Origin: Parcubacteria group bacterium
Lineage (GTDB): Bacteria; Patescibacteriota; Minisyncoccia; Moranbacterales; UBA2206
Assembly (NCBI GenBank): GCA_041659505.1
Contig: JBAZYF010000004.1
Coordinates: 14,922 to 78,921 of the forward strand
Length of the DNA stretch: 64,000 nucleotides
Reading direction: 5' to 3'
Part shown: piece by piece, positions 37,428-47,460 of the stretch
Position numbering within the stretch: position 1 is the stretch's first letter
How the letters are laid out: the number at the start of each line of letters is the position of its first letter
Made by a program: the position numbers and the translations under genes
The notes under the pieces: model-generated
What the model was told of the DNA's origin: nothing
Databases searched by the model: none
The model's input: the letters and a program-made list of their open reading frames with translations, nothing else

Positions 37428-38195
37428 TTAGATTCTTTTTTGTACGCCACCATTTTCAGATTGATTTAGGTATTTTTTTAAAAAATCTTCTCTCGTCATG
37501 TGAGCACTCCTAGTAGTTTTACCTATCGCAGATCCATCAGTTTCATCAATGACAAAACCAAACTTCTCTATAATTTTTGGATGTCTTGCAATAATCCATG
37601 ATTCTCCTTTGACCATTTCTATATCTTTATTTTTATTCACAATCTCAGCTAATATTTCCAACCCGTTTTTAAGTTTCACAATAGTTTCACCCAAAGATTC
37701 TCTCGGCCGTATATGTATCTCCGCGATATTTTTCTTCATATGACAGACGAGCAATTCATTGATTTGTATTCGTTCAAAATCATCCAAAGGATCCTTCTCG
37801 TTAAGTTCCGGGTATTTGATTGTTAAATCAACCAATGGCTTAATCAATTTAAACACTTGTTCGATAAATTCTCTCTTATCTTTTATGTTCGCGCATTGAT
37901 CTAATTCTACGCCGATCGTGTTTTCAACTCCATGTAGTTTCATAATCCTCGCCAAATTCTCTTTCATGGAATCTACTCGCTCCTTCCCTTTCTGATAAGT
38001 CTTAAAAATGACACCGATTTTGGTTTTTACCACGACATACTCCCTTTCCTTTTCTATATCCTCATGAGATTTTTGCAGTTCCTTTTTCCCATCAGAACTC
38101 TCCTGTTTTAAAATTTCTTCTCTCATTTTTTTAAGCTTACAGACATAATTAACTCCCCCTTGAACCACTTCCTGATTGTACCACAAATAAATCAA
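37428..38195 (-). CDS. hypothetical protein located inside the copper island (between copA and csoR)
   Basis: ORF only. No recognized domain. Probable start at internal MREEIL. Confidence 0.4.
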   Translation of the reverse strand: MIYLWYNQEVVQGGVNYVCKLKKMREEILKQESSDGKKELQKSHEDIEKEREYVVVKTKIGVIFKTYQKGKERVDSMKENLARIMKLHGVENTIGVELDQCANIKDKREFIEQVFKLIKPLVDLTIKYPELNEKDPLDDFERIQINELLVCHMKKNIAEIHIRPRESLGETIVKLKNGLEILAEIVNKNKDIEMVKGESWIIARHPKIIEKFGFVIDETDGSAIGKTTRSAHMTREDFLKKYLNQSENGGVQKRI

Positions 38196-38201
38196 ACCAT
38201 C

Positions 38202-40394
38202 CTACTTCGAAACACGCAGACTATTGAGAACCACAGAAACCGAACTGAAAGACATCGCTATCGCCGCGATTGCCGGCGTGAGAAAGCCAAACATCGCGAG
38301 CGGTATGGCAATGATGTTGTAGAAAAAAGCCCAAAAAAGATTTTGCCTGATTGCACGGAAAGTTTTGCGGGAAATTAAAATCGCCTCCACGACTTTTTTC
38401 AGATTATTCTCCAGCATCACGATCTGCCCAGCTTCCTTGGCGATATCCATCGCGCTACCCATCGCAATCCCCAGATCGGCCTGGATAAGACTTGGCGCGT
38501 CATTGATCCCATCGCCGACAAAAACAATTTTTTCTCCCCGCACTTGAAGCCGTCTGATCGCTTCCAGTTTCTCATGCGGCAATACATCAGCAATGACATT
38601 TTCAATTCCCAAATGCTCAGCCACAGACTGCGCCACCACTTCGCGATCACCGGAAATTATTCCCACCTTGAGACGCATTTTTTTCAACGTATCGACAACT
38701 TTTTTCGCTTCATCGCGAATTTCATCTTCGATCAAGAATGCCCCTAGAACAGTGCCGCCTTGAGCCACAAAAAGAAGCGCGCCTGTTTGATTTTTAGGGT
38801 CAGCCTCCATCTTAGAAATCCACTTTCCGCTCAACTCATTTTCTGCCATAATTTTTGCATTACCCAAAAGAACTGTTTTTCTTTCTCCATCGATTCCCGA
38901 AATTCCCCGCCCTTTATACTCCAACGTACTTTTTAGCTTTCGTTTTTCCATAGCGAGATTCAAGCTATTGGCATAAGCTACGATCGCCTTGGAATAGGGA
39001 TGCTCAGAATTTAGCGCCAAGCTATAGGCGATACTCAAAAAATCCGTCTCTGATGTTTTTACTTCCGGATTTTTAAGGATCACTTTGACGACCGGCCTAC
39101 CTTTGGTCAATGTCCCAGTTTTGTCGAAAATAACCATCGAAATATCCTTGATCCGTTCAAAGCTTTCTCCGCTTTTAAACAAAATTCCCTGTTTCGCCCC
39201 GCGCCCCGCCCCCACCATAATGGCTGTCGGCGTAGCCAGGCCGAGAGCACAAGGACAAGCAATAACTAAAACAGAAACCGCATAGATGACCGCTTGGACG
39301 CCCTTTTCCGTAAAAAAGTACCACGCAAGAAAAGTAATGAGCGTAAGCAAAAGTACCGTCGGCACAAAAACTCGCGCCACCTTGTCTGCTAATTTTTGAA
39401 TGGGCGGTTTGGAATTCTGTGCCTCTTCAACTGTTCGAATGATCTGTGCCAGCGCCGTCCCTTCGCCCGTCTGCGCTACCCGCACCTTGAGAATACCGTC
39501 TTCATTGAGCATCGCGCCAAAAACATAATCGCCCACTTTTTTTTCAACCAGTAATGACTCTCCTGTAAGCATCGATTCATCCACCGATGAATGTCCCTCA
39601 ACAATGTAGCCGTCCAGTGGAATTTTTTCGCCCGGTCGCACCACCACCACATCTCCAATTTTGAGCTCAGAAATCTCCACTTCTTTTTCTTCCCCACTAA
39701 TCAATATCCGTGCCCGCTTGGCACCCAACTCCAAAAGTTTTCGCATCGCTTCACCCGTTTTTTGCACACTGATATCCTCCAGATATTTCCCTAAAAGGAT
39801 AAACATGATGATCATTGCCGCGGTTTCAAAATAGTCCTTTTGCCCGTGGAAAACCGCCCAGAGGCTGAAAAAATAGGCGACGAGCGTACCCATTGAAATC
39901 AAACTATCCATATTAGCTTCTTTTTTTCTAGCCTGAAGATAAGCCATGCGATGAAACGGCCAACCCAAAATGAACACCACAATTGTTGCCAAAACAATAT
40001 GCACCCACATCACAAAATCAATTCCTGCAATCAAAAAACCAGACTTAATCTTAAAAAACATCCCCAAAAGGATCGGTAAAGAAAAAAGTGCCGATAAAAC
40101 TAGCCGGACTTTAATATTACCAAAAAGTTCATTTTTATACTGCGCATACTTATTAACTATCTGATACCTGCGCGAACGTTCACTGCCAATTCCATAACCA
40201 TTGGAAAGGATGATCTTTTTGACATCACTTTCGCTAAGCAGCTTATCATCATATTCCACCAAGGCTTTTTTGGTCGCAAAATTAATCGAAGCTTTTTTGA
40301 TTCCTGGCGTTTTCACCAGCACCCGTTCATTACTCGCCGCACAGCTGGCGCAGGTCATTCCGGTGATTTCAAAAATAATTTTCTTTGTTGGCAT
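38202..40394 (-). CDS. copA: copper-translocating P1B-type ATPase
   Basis: N-terminal [16 protein letters not shown] motif ([12 protein letters not shown]). [15 protein letters not shown]. Confidence 0.93.
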   Translation of the reverse strand: MPTKKIIFEITGMTCASCAASNERVLVKTPGIKKASINFATKKALVEYDDKLLSESDVKKIILSNGYGIGSERSRRYQIVNKYAQYKNELFGNIKVRLVLSALFSLPILLGMFFKIKSGFLIAGIDFVMWVHIVLATIVVFILGWPFHRMAYLQARKKEANMDSLISMGTLVAYFFSLWAVFHGQKDYFETAAMIIMFILLGKYLEDISVQKTGEAMRKLLELGAKRARILISGEEKEVEISELKIGDVVVVRPGEKIPLDGYIVEGHSSVDESMLTGESLLVEKKVGDYVFGAMLNEDGILKVRVAQTGEGTALAQIIRTVEEAQNSKPPIQKLADKVARVFVPTVLLLTLITFLAWYFFTEKGVQAVIYAVSVLVIACPCALGLATPTAIMVGAGRGAKQGILFKSGESFERIKDISMVIFDKTGTLTKGRPVVKVILKNPEVKTSETDFLSIAYSLALNSEHPYSKAIVAYANSLNLAMEKRKLKSTLEYKGRGISGIDGERKTVLLGNAKIMAENELSGKWISKMEADPKNQTGALLFVAQGGTVLGAFLIEDEIRDEAKKVVDTLKKMRLKVGIISGDREVVAQSVAEHLGIENVIADVLPHEKLEAIRRLQVRGEKIVFVGDGINDAPSLIQADLGIAMGSAMDIAKEAGQIVMLENNLKKVVEAILISRKTFRAIRQNLFWAFFYNIIAIPLAMFGFLTPAIAAIAMSFSSVSVVLNSLRVSK

Positions 40395-40444
40395 AAGTTT
40401 AACTAAATTAATTGATTCTTATTCTAAGGTTACTACATAAACTA

Positions 40445-40609
40445 ATTGTCATCCTGAGCGAAATTCTGTACTCAGAACGCAGTCGAAGCCTGCCTGCCGG
40501 TAGGCAGGGATCTACTTACCAAAACCTCTAGTTTTGAAGATATAGACTAAACTTAGGATAGCGCAAGGCAGATTCTTCGACTCCACTACGTTTCGCTCAG
40601 AATGACAAT
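40445..40609. repeat. MITE-like element (TIR ATTGTCATCCTGAGCGAAA ... TTTCGCTCAGAATGACAAT) containing the CCTGCCTGCCGGTAGGCAGG hairpin
   Basis: 19-bp terminal inverted repeats with 1 mismatch. The inner hairpin is the reverse complement of the hairpin at 1549..1570. Confidence 0.7.
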
Positions 40610-40613
40610 ATTT

Positions 40614-41996
40614 CTACTCTACTATAAATTTACCACGAACCATCCCCATCCAACAACTAAACGGGATTTCGCCGACTTTATCAGGAGGAGTAAAATTCAC
40701 GACATTATCTCCAGAGCTGATACTTTGCGAAATCTTGAGACTAGGCACAATAATTTTATTCGTACAGCTTGTCACACTATCCCCTTTGATCACCCAACGC
40801 ACCGGCACGCCCTTTTTCAAATGTAAGGTATTTGGTGAGAATCCTGCGTTAGTCACATGCATTTCCACCACTTGCTCTGCCACATCAGTTTTTGCCGTTC
40901 CCATTTGTTCTTTTTGATTACTTTGATCGCCGAACACATTGCCCGATACGCCAACCAACGCCAAGCCGGAATTGAACGTATAAAAGGCAAAAATAACAAC
41001 TAGCATGCCAGCTACCTTTTGAAAAATCGCCGCATTTTTACCCTTGCTCCAAGCGGTAGTCACGCCAAGAGTGAGAAGGGACGGCACAGTGCCGAGTGCA
41101 AAAAGAAACATCCCAAGCCCTCCGCGCATAAAACTGCCCGAAGCAATGGCAAGGATCTGCATACTTTGCGTAAAACCACAGGGCAGAAAAAAAGTCATAA
41201 TTCCTAAGAGAAAAGGCGCGGCTGGATTTTGAGATTTTTTCAGCCTATTCCAGGGCGCGCTGAAAAATCTCGGCATCCGCATTCCCAGACTGGCGATATC
41301 AGGAAATAATCCCAATACATTAAGACCCAAAATTGCTAAAACCACTGCAATAATGATAGTGTAGACCGCGACAAAATTTCCACTGATATTTATCTCTCCG
41401 CCAATCGCACCGAGCAGTCCACCTAGGACAAAAAATCCGCCTAACCGGCCAAGATGGAAAAATAAGTTCGGCTTCACGGCTCCACCTAAAAACCCGCGCT
41501 TATCACCTTTATATTTTTCTGAAAAAGCAATCACCACCGATCCCACTACGACCAAGCAACTAGAAACAGAAGCGACAAGTCCGATGAGAAAGGCTGTTCC
41601 AAAATCAGCGCCAGAACCAGTGACACCGATTTTTTGCCCGAAACTAGAACCTTGAAACAGTTGAAAACCAAAAATTATTAAAATAACAAAAGCCACGGCC
41701 CAAAGCCAAGATTGCCAAGAACTCTTTCCAGCCTTCTCTATAGACATGATCGTTTTTCGCTCCGATGCAGTATGACCAAATTTCTCTACTATCTTTTTAA
41801 CTTCAGAAAAATCCGGCTCGGTATCTGCATAATCAAGTTCCACACTGCCTTTTTTTCGATCGGCACGAATCTTTTTTACGCCCGGAACGCCAGCCAATTC
41901 ATCATCGAGCAACTTCTCGCAACTAACACAATGCATCCCTTGGATATAGATTATTTTTGTTTGCATATTCATCCCCCACCACTTTTTCGCTCGCAT
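40614..41996 (-). CDS. HMA-domain / DsbD-CcdA-like transmembrane / C-terminal cupredoxin-like domain fusion protein
   Basis: GMHCVSCEK HMA motif. 6-8 TM helices with Cys residues (SSCLVVVGS, FFLPCGF). C-terminal beta-rich domain with ...SCWMGM. Confidence 0.5.
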   Translation of the reverse strand: MRAKKWWGMNMQTKIIYIQGMHCVSCEKLLDDELAGVPGVKKIRADRKKGSVELDYADTEPDFSEVKKIVEKFGHTASERKTIMSIEKAGKSSWQSWLWAVAFVILIIFGFQLFQGSSFGQKIGVTGSGADFGTAFLIGLVASVSSCLVVVGSVVIAFSEKYKGDKRGFLGGAVKPNLFFHLGRLGGFFVLGGLLGAIGGEINISGNFVAVYTIIIAVVLAILGLNVLGLFPDIASLGMRMPRFFSAPWNRLKKSQNPAAPFLLGIMTFFLPCGFTQSMQILAIASGSFMRGGLGMFLFALGTVPSLLTLGVTTAWSKGKNAAIFQKVAGMLVVIFAFYTFNSGLALVGVSGNVFGDQSNQKEQMGTAKTDVAEQVVEMHVTNAGFSPNTLHLKKGVPVRWVIKGDSVTSCTNKIIVPSLKISQSISSGDNVVNFTPPDKVGEIPFSCWMGMVRGKFIVE

Positions 41997-42104
41997 CCGC
42001 GATTAAGCTAGAGGTAATTTATTAAATTATGCTATTGACATATCATGTGATTTATTAAAATAAAAAACGTAATCATAAAAGCGAAAAAGTGGTGGGGGAT
42101 AAAC

Positions 42105-42374
42105 TTACTTAGACATCTTATTCAATCGCAAAATCTCATCGATCATTTCTTGCTTTCTTTTCTCGTTCGTTCCTTTCATAGCATTTATAAAACAACTATT
42201 GAGATGGCGCGCTAACAGCTTATCATTAGCAGATTTTAAAAGTCCCATCACAGCCAAATTCTGTTGCATGATCGAAACACAATATTCCCCACCCTCGACC
42301 ATCGTAATCACTTTCGCCAAATGCGTTCGCGCCTTTTTAAGCCCAATCAAAATTTGCCCATCTTCTTTTTGCAT
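42105..42374 (-). CDS. csoR: CsoR/RcnR-family metal-sensing repressor, second copy
   Basis: LKKARTHLAKVITMVEGGEYCVSIMQQNLAVMGLL...HLNSC matches the DUF156 pattern. Confidence 0.78.
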   Translation of the reverse strand: MQKEDGQILIGLKKARTHLAKVITMVEGGEYCVSIMQQNLAVMGLLKSANDKLLARHLNSCFINAMKGTNEKRKQEMIDEILRLNKMSK

Positions 42375-42474
42375 ATTGTTATAAGTTTAGGAAATTATTC
42401 TGATTCGTATTTTTTAAAATTAAAAATTTTAAATTTTAAATTCCGCCTTAGCGGGTTACCTCCCCCCTAGGTAT

Positions 42475-42503
42475 AATATACTCGCACCTGGAAATCTTGT
42501 CAA
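42475..42503 (-). promoter_or_regulatory. sigma70-type promoter for csoR copy 2: TTGACA-17 bp-TATATT, followed by TACCTAGGGGGGAGGTA pseudo-palindrome (candidate operator at about 42455..42471)
   Basis: Minus strand reads TTGACAagatttccaggtgcgagTATATTatacctaggggggaggta. Confidence 0.6.
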
Positions 42504-42504
42504 A

Positions 42505-42537
42505 TAAAAAAACACCGGCAAAAAAGCTCCGGTGTTT
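42505..42537 (-). terminator. rho-independent terminator after mraY (CACCGG-agcttttttg-CCGGTG + TTTTTTTA)
   Basis: Hairpin plus T-run on the minus strand, immediately downstream of the mraY stop codon. Confidence 0.65.
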
Positions 42538-42556
42538 CTATGTTATCTTTTTGTAA

Positions 42557-43663
42557 TTAGTGGTATTTCCCCATCCCGACAATTCCCACGATTATACCGA
42601 TAAGCGCCGTGACGGCGGTAAAGATCCAGACACGCATCGTCACTTTGGTCTCCGGCCAGCCCTTGGCTTCAAAATGATGATGAATCGGCGCTGCCAAAAA
42701 GACTTTGCGATGGAAAAATCTTTTGGAAGTCAATTGGATCGCCACCGAGCCAGATTCCAAAAGATAGATGAACACGATTATGAACAAAACTAGCGTTGAA
42801 TTAGTCAGCATTGCCACAACACCCAACGTTGCGCCAAGCGAAATCGCTCCCGTGTCTCCCATAAAAAAACGGGCCGGATGGATATTGAACCAAAGAAATG
42901 CCAGAAGTGCCCCGGCAATCGCTACGCAAAAAGCGGCCAAGTCGATCTTATTTTGAAAAAAAGAAATGAGCCCGAAAGAACTGAAAGCGATCAAAAGCAC
43001 CCCGGCATTAAGTCCGTCCAATCCGTCAGTTTCATTGGAAGAAATTGCTGTAAAAAGAATGACAAACATAAACAGCGGAAGGTACCAAAGACCAATATTA
43101 AAATCGCCTACGGCTGGAATATGGATATTATCCCAACCCAACTTATAATAAAACCACCAGGCGCCAAGAGCGGAAATCAAAATCAGCCAACCGAATCGAT
43201 AAAGAAAACGGATACCTCCGCCCTTATTCTTACCGATCCCTCGCACGCTTGCCCAATCATCGCAAAGCCCCAAAATGCCAGCCGAAATCAAAGCGAATAA
43301 TGGAAGCCAGACTTGCTTTCTGCTAAAAAAATCCAGCCGTGCCAAAAAATTAACTCCGGTCCACTCCGCAAACAAAGGAAAAAGATAATGCGAGGCATAA
43401 ACTAAAACTAAAACAGAAAACCATACCAGTACCCCGCCCATACTAGGTGTTCCGTTTTTATGTTTATGCAACTCACTAACATAGGTCAATTTTTCTCCGT
43501 CCACTCCATTAGTTTTGATCCTGATTCCGATTTTGTATTTATATAAGAAATGAGTGAGTAGCGGCGTCAAAAAAAACGCCAGCAGAAAGGCTAAAAAACC
43601 GGTGAATAAAACCTTAAGCATATCAAGCACAGCAGGAATAGTTTGGATTTGCGCTAGTTCCAT
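42557..43663 (-). CDS. mraY: phospho-N-acetylmuramoyl-pentapeptide transferase
   Basis: FFMGDTGAISLGATLG, APIHHHFE and 10-TM topology. Confidence 0.9.
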   Translation of the reverse strand: MELAQIQTIPAVLDMLKVLFTGFLAFLLAFFLTPLLTHFLYKYKIGIRIKTNGVDGEKLTYVSELHKHKNGTPSMGGVLVWFSVLVLVYASHYLFPLFAEWTGVNFLARLDFFSRKQVWLPLFALISAGILGLCDDWASVRGIGKNKGGGIRFLYRFGWLILISALGAWWFYYKLGWDNIHIPAVGDFNIGLWYLPLFMFVILFTAISSNETDGLDGLNAGVLLIAFSSFGLISFFQNKIDLAAFCVAIAGALLAFLWFNIHPARFFMGDTGAISLGATLGVVAMLTNSTLVLFIIVFIYLLESGSVAIQLTSKRFFHRKVFLAAPIHHHFEAKGWPETKVTMRVWIFTAVTALIGIIVGIVGMGKYH

Positions 43664-43669
43664 AATATT

Positions 43670-44725
43670 TTATTTCCATTCATAGTTATTATACACCCAA
43701 CTTAGAAGTACCCGCATATCATCCCAGCGCTTTTCGTCATTCAGAAGTACGGTAATCACCTTATGCTTGCCGGTTGGATCAGTCGATCCCATAAGGAGCG
43801 ACTTGCCAGCCAGCGGAGTAAACCCGGTTTTGCCGCCTAAGCAATTGGAAATATTGCCCAAAAGCAGATCGGTATTTTTCAGCTGATGCATATACTTTCC
43901 GTCGGTGGAATAGAACTGACCTTCTGGTATTTTCATTATATCCCAGATCAACTCATATTGCATAGAAGCAGCAGCGATCCGTGCGATATCGTAGGCGGAA
44001 GAATAGCACTCATTTTCCCGACCGTCAATCTCCAAGCCCGACGGGGTGCAAAAATGCGTATCGATAAGTCCCATGTTCTTAGCTTTTTGATTCATCTCTT
44101 CCACGAATTTTTCTGGCGTGCCTGAAATATATATCCCCAAAGATGTTGCCGCGTCATTGGCACTATTCAAAAGCATCGCTTTCAAAAGATCGATAGCATG
44201 CACCTTCTCCCCTGCATACATTTGATTGCCATTACAAAACACACTGGTCGGACAACCCACCACCGTCCCGTCAACACGCAACCCTTCCTTTTTTATCGTC
44301 ACTTCCGCAGTAAGATCGGGAATATTTTCGATCGTCAAGATTGCCGTCATCATCTTGGTAAGTGAAGCGATCTGGGTCTGCTTGCGACCATTATCATAGT
44401 GCAAAATTGTTCCGCTGTCTACATCGATGGCCACTGACGAACCGGCCCAGACCTGCAGATCGGTACAATTGGTTTTTCGTTTTGGCACCAACCCTGAGCT
44501 GGATAGATCGAGAGAGGAAAAATCCGGCTTTTGCGTCAAATCAAAATTCTTTTCCGCAGCAGCTCCATCACTACTTGTCATTATGACTTCCTCACCCAAA
44601 ACTTTCTGGCTTTGACCGCCGGCGAAAAGCCGCTCCTTCATCTGCCCTAGATCACGTGAAAAATTCCCAGAAAAAATGCTAGGCAACATCAGGACAAACA
44701 AAATTGTATAAAGCATATTAAACAT
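43670..44725 (-). CDS. dacA: D-alanyl-D-alanine carboxypeptidase (PBP5/S11 family)
   Basis: SLTKMMT (SxxK), LNSANDAA (SxN) and KTGFT (KTG) motifs. Signal peptide. Confidence 0.88.
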   Translation of the reverse strand: MFNMLYTILFVLMLPSIFSGNFSRDLGQMKERLFAGGQSQKVLGEEVIMTSSDGAAAEKNFDLTQKPDFSSLDLSSSGLVPKRKTNCTDLQVWAGSSVAIDVDSGTILHYDNGRKQTQIASLTKMMTAILTIENIPDLTAEVTIKKEGLRVDGTVVGCPTSVFCNGNQMYAGEKVHAIDLLKAMLLNSANDAATSLGIYISGTPEKFVEEMNQKAKNMGLIDTHFCTPSGLEIDGRENECYSSAYDIARIAAASMQYELIWDIMKIPEGQFYSTDGKYMHQLKNTDLLLGNISNCLGGKTGFTPLAGKSLLMGSTDPTGKHKVITVLLNDEKRWDDMRVLLSWVYNNYEWK

Positions 44726-44755
44726 CGTAAGTGGTGGACGGTAAAATTTTAAATC

Positions 44756-45388
44756 CTAACTTTCAGCCTCGGCTGTCTTTTCGATCTCGTCATCATTTTT
44801 CTCCCCCGCCTTCTCTACTACCTCAGCACTATTTTTTTCCGGCGCTGAAGGAACTTCTTGAGTATTTTCTTCAATTTTCTTATTTAAAACTTCCCAATCC
44901 GGCAATTTCTCGACACTGTCCATTCCCAATTTTTTCAAAAAATCCAGAGAAACGCTGTAAATATAGCGGCGATTATCTTTGATATTTTCTGTCCGGTCCA
45001 TAAGGCCCCGGATGAGCAATGCGCGTATAGTAAAACTGCAATTCACCCCGCGGATCGCCTCTATCTCTGCTCGCGTCATCGGTCCGCGATAAGCGACGAT
45101 CGAAAGAACTTCTAGGGCTGCTTGGCTCAAATTTTCTTGGATCTCACTCTTGACCAGTTCCGCCACAAACTCGGCATTCTCAGGATTGGTTACCAACTGA
45201 AGTTCATCCTTGATCCTAACAATCAAAAGTCCGCGGCCCTTGGCATAATCTTCATTTAGTTTTGCAATTGCCTCCTCCACTTCCGCTTCGGTCGCGTCAG
45301 AAACTTTCGCCAACTTCAGAAGCTTCATCGGTTCACCGCTGACAAAAAGGATACTTTCGATGATTGATTTGATTTTTTCCGGTTGCAT
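44756..45388 (-). CDS. scpB: segregation and condensation protein B
   Basis: IIESILFVSGEPMKL ... SQAALEVLSIVAYRGPMTRAEIEAIRGV winged-helix pattern. Confidence 0.88.
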   Translation of the reverse strand: MQPEKIKSIIESILFVSGEPMKLLKLAKVSDATEAEVEEAIAKLNEDYAKGRGLLIVRIKDELQLVTNPENAEFVAELVKSEIQENLSQAALEVLSIVAYRGPMTRAEIEAIRGVNCSFTIRALLIRGLMDRTENIKDNRRYIYSVSLDFLKKLGMDSVEKLPDWEVLNKKIEENTQEVPSAPEKNSAEVVEKAGEKNDDEIEKTAEAES

Positions 45389-45476
45389 AAGATTGGATTA
45401 TTAGAATTTAAGCTAATAAATTCGGCATTATAAAATTGATGAATTGGAAATTGTTTAGAAATTAAAAATTAAAAAT

Positions 45477-46220
45477 TTACTCACCCGTTCCGCTCTGCAT
45501 GCTTAGTTTAATTTCCTGAAACAACTCCTGTTGTTCTACTCGGATGATCCGTTGCTTCACCATCTCCAGCATCGCCAAAAAGGAAATAATTACATCAATT
45601 TTGTCCTTCGCCTCAGCCACCAGTTCGGAAAAGCAGGTTTCTATCTTGTTGCGCAAGGCCACTTCCAGGTCACTGATTCGTTCTTCCAGGGTAATGACTT
45701 CTCCCACAATCTCTTCTTGCAACACGGAAACGATCGGGACTTCACAAAGCACTTTTTGGAAATATTTTTTCAGATCATAAGCATTGATGCCTTCTGGCGG
45801 ATAGAAAACTGACCGGATTCCCAAATACGGCGGCTTGGAATAGCAAACGTGGTTTTCCACCGCCAGTTTCTTGATTTTGGCGGAGATGTCTTTGAACCGC
45901 TTATACTCCGCCAACTGCTCCGCCAAATCTTCAATTTCCTCCTCCTCTTCATCAGTAAATTTAAGGATCGGCAAAAGAGCGCGCGATTTGATGAGGATCA
46001 ATTTAGCCGCCACAGACAAAAAATCCGCCAAATGCTCCAGGTGGATATTTTGATTATCCCGGATATAGTCCAGATATTGATCCGCCACTCGAGCCAAGTT
46101 CAGCTCGGTGATGCTCAATTTTTCTTTCTCAATCAGCTCCAAAAGCAATTCCAACGGGCCCTCAAATTTTTCTAACTTGACCTGGTACACAAAATTATAC
46201 GCTAATCTTTTTAACCTCAC
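45477..46220 (-). CDS. scpA: segregation and condensation protein A
   Basis: LEKFEGPLELLLELIEKEKLSITELNLARVADQYLDYI kleisin N-terminus. Confidence 0.88.
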   Translation of the reverse strand: MRLKRLAYNFVYQVKLEKFEGPLELLLELIEKEKLSITELNLARVADQYLDYIRDNQNIHLEHLADFLSVAAKLILIKSRALLPILKFTDEEEEEIEDLAEQLAEYKRFKDISAKIKKLAVENHVCYSKPPYLGIRSVFYPPEGINAYDLKKYFQKVLCEVPIVSVLQEEIVGEVITLEERISDLEVALRNKIETCFSELVAEAKDKIDVIISFLAMLEMVKQRIIRVEQQELFQEIKLSMQSGTGE

Positions 46221-46255
46221 TATCTTAGCACCTTTTTTTCAAAATGGCCACCTCC

Positions 46256-47428
46256 CTATTTCCGCTTCCCCGACAAGCGATAAGCGGGGATCAAAGCGGA
46301 AAAAACCACCAGTGCCAACAAGATAAAAATGGCGGAAAGTGGTAAAAATAGCAAAAGAGCAAAAGACAAACTGGCGGCTACGATATAGCCGACCGGCATC
46401 GCTGTGCGAAAAAAACCGATCAGATCAACATCATCCCCGTCGATCCGTTTATAAAAATAGGAATCGCGCAAAATTTCCACCATCGCCGCGCCGATCCTGG
46501 TCAGAAGCAGGACCAACGACCACAAGAGGACATTCGGCGAATGAGTCAGAAAAACTACGACTGAAGCAATCACCATGATGAACAGAGCAAAAATCAAAAG
46601 TTTTTTTTCACCGGTTTTTTTATCCGCTAGAAAACCCATCGGGTATTGCAAAAAAACAAACGGCAGAAGCATTGCGGAAAAAATAATGCCGATCTGGTTC
46701 CAGTCTAAACCTAGATCGATGAGGTATAGAGGCATATAGATGATCATCAGCGCGTAAAAAAATTCCAAGACAAAAGAAATATAATAGATCGCCATCACAT
46801 TTTTCCGCTGATAAACTTTTCTCAGCAGATTGGATATGGAAATATCCCTTTGCGGTTTTTCATTCGTATCCCTCAGCTTGGTCAGTGCATAGAAAAAAAC
46901 CACTATGTTAAAAAGCAAGAGAAAAATAAAAATACCGGAAAAATCAAAATGCTCCAAGATTCGGGTCGAAATAAACGGACCCAATAGAAAACCCGTATTA
47001 AGAATCGTGAGGTGCATCCCGCGGATCCGTCCCGACTCTTTGTCGCAAGAAAAAGATTCCAAAATCGTGTCCAGACTGACCCACTCCAAACCGGAAAAAA
47101 TCACATAGAGCATCAAAAGAAAGATGCCCCAACCGGACGGCTGCGAATTAGCCAAAAAAACTAGGCTGACAATCTTAAGGGCCAAAATTACCAAAAAAAT
47201 ACTAGTTTTCCCCAATGTTCTCGTCAATTTATACAGATTCAAAAGGATAAGCAGCGAGATTGCGTAGGCGATAAGATAAAAGCCTCCGACATTTTCCGTG
47301 CCGGAAGCTTCTCTGAAATAACTCGACATCACATAGATCAAGACGGCCTGTGAAAAGCCTAGGAAAAATGAAATGAAATTGATCGCTTTAGTTTTTTTGT
47401 GATCCAAATGTTCTTTGTGTTTTGGCAT
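46256..47428 (-). CDS. MFS transporter
   Basis: 12 predicted TM helices with two-fold repeat architecture. Confidence 0.65.
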   Translation of the reverse strand: MPKHKEHLDHKKTKAINFISFFLGFSQAVLIYVMSSYFREASGTENVGGFYLIAYAISLLILLNLYKLTRTLGKTSIFLVILALKIVSLVFLANSQPSGWGIFLLMLYVIFSGLEWVSLDTILESFSCDKESGRIRGMHLTILNTGFLLGPFISTRILEHFDFSGIFIFLLLFNIVVFFYALTKLRDTNEKPQRDISISNLLRKVYQRKNVMAIYYISFVLEFFYALMIIYMPLYLIDLGLDWNQIGIIFSAMLLPFVFLQYPMGFLADKKTGEKKLLIFALFIMVIASVVVFLTHSPNVLLWSLVLLLTRIGAAMVEILRDSYFYKRIDGDDVDLIGFFRTAMPVGYIVAASLSFALLLFLPLSAIFILLALVVFSALIPAYRLSGKRK

Positions 47429-47460
47429 CGTACTTTTTTGTTTTTAATTTTACTATTGAA

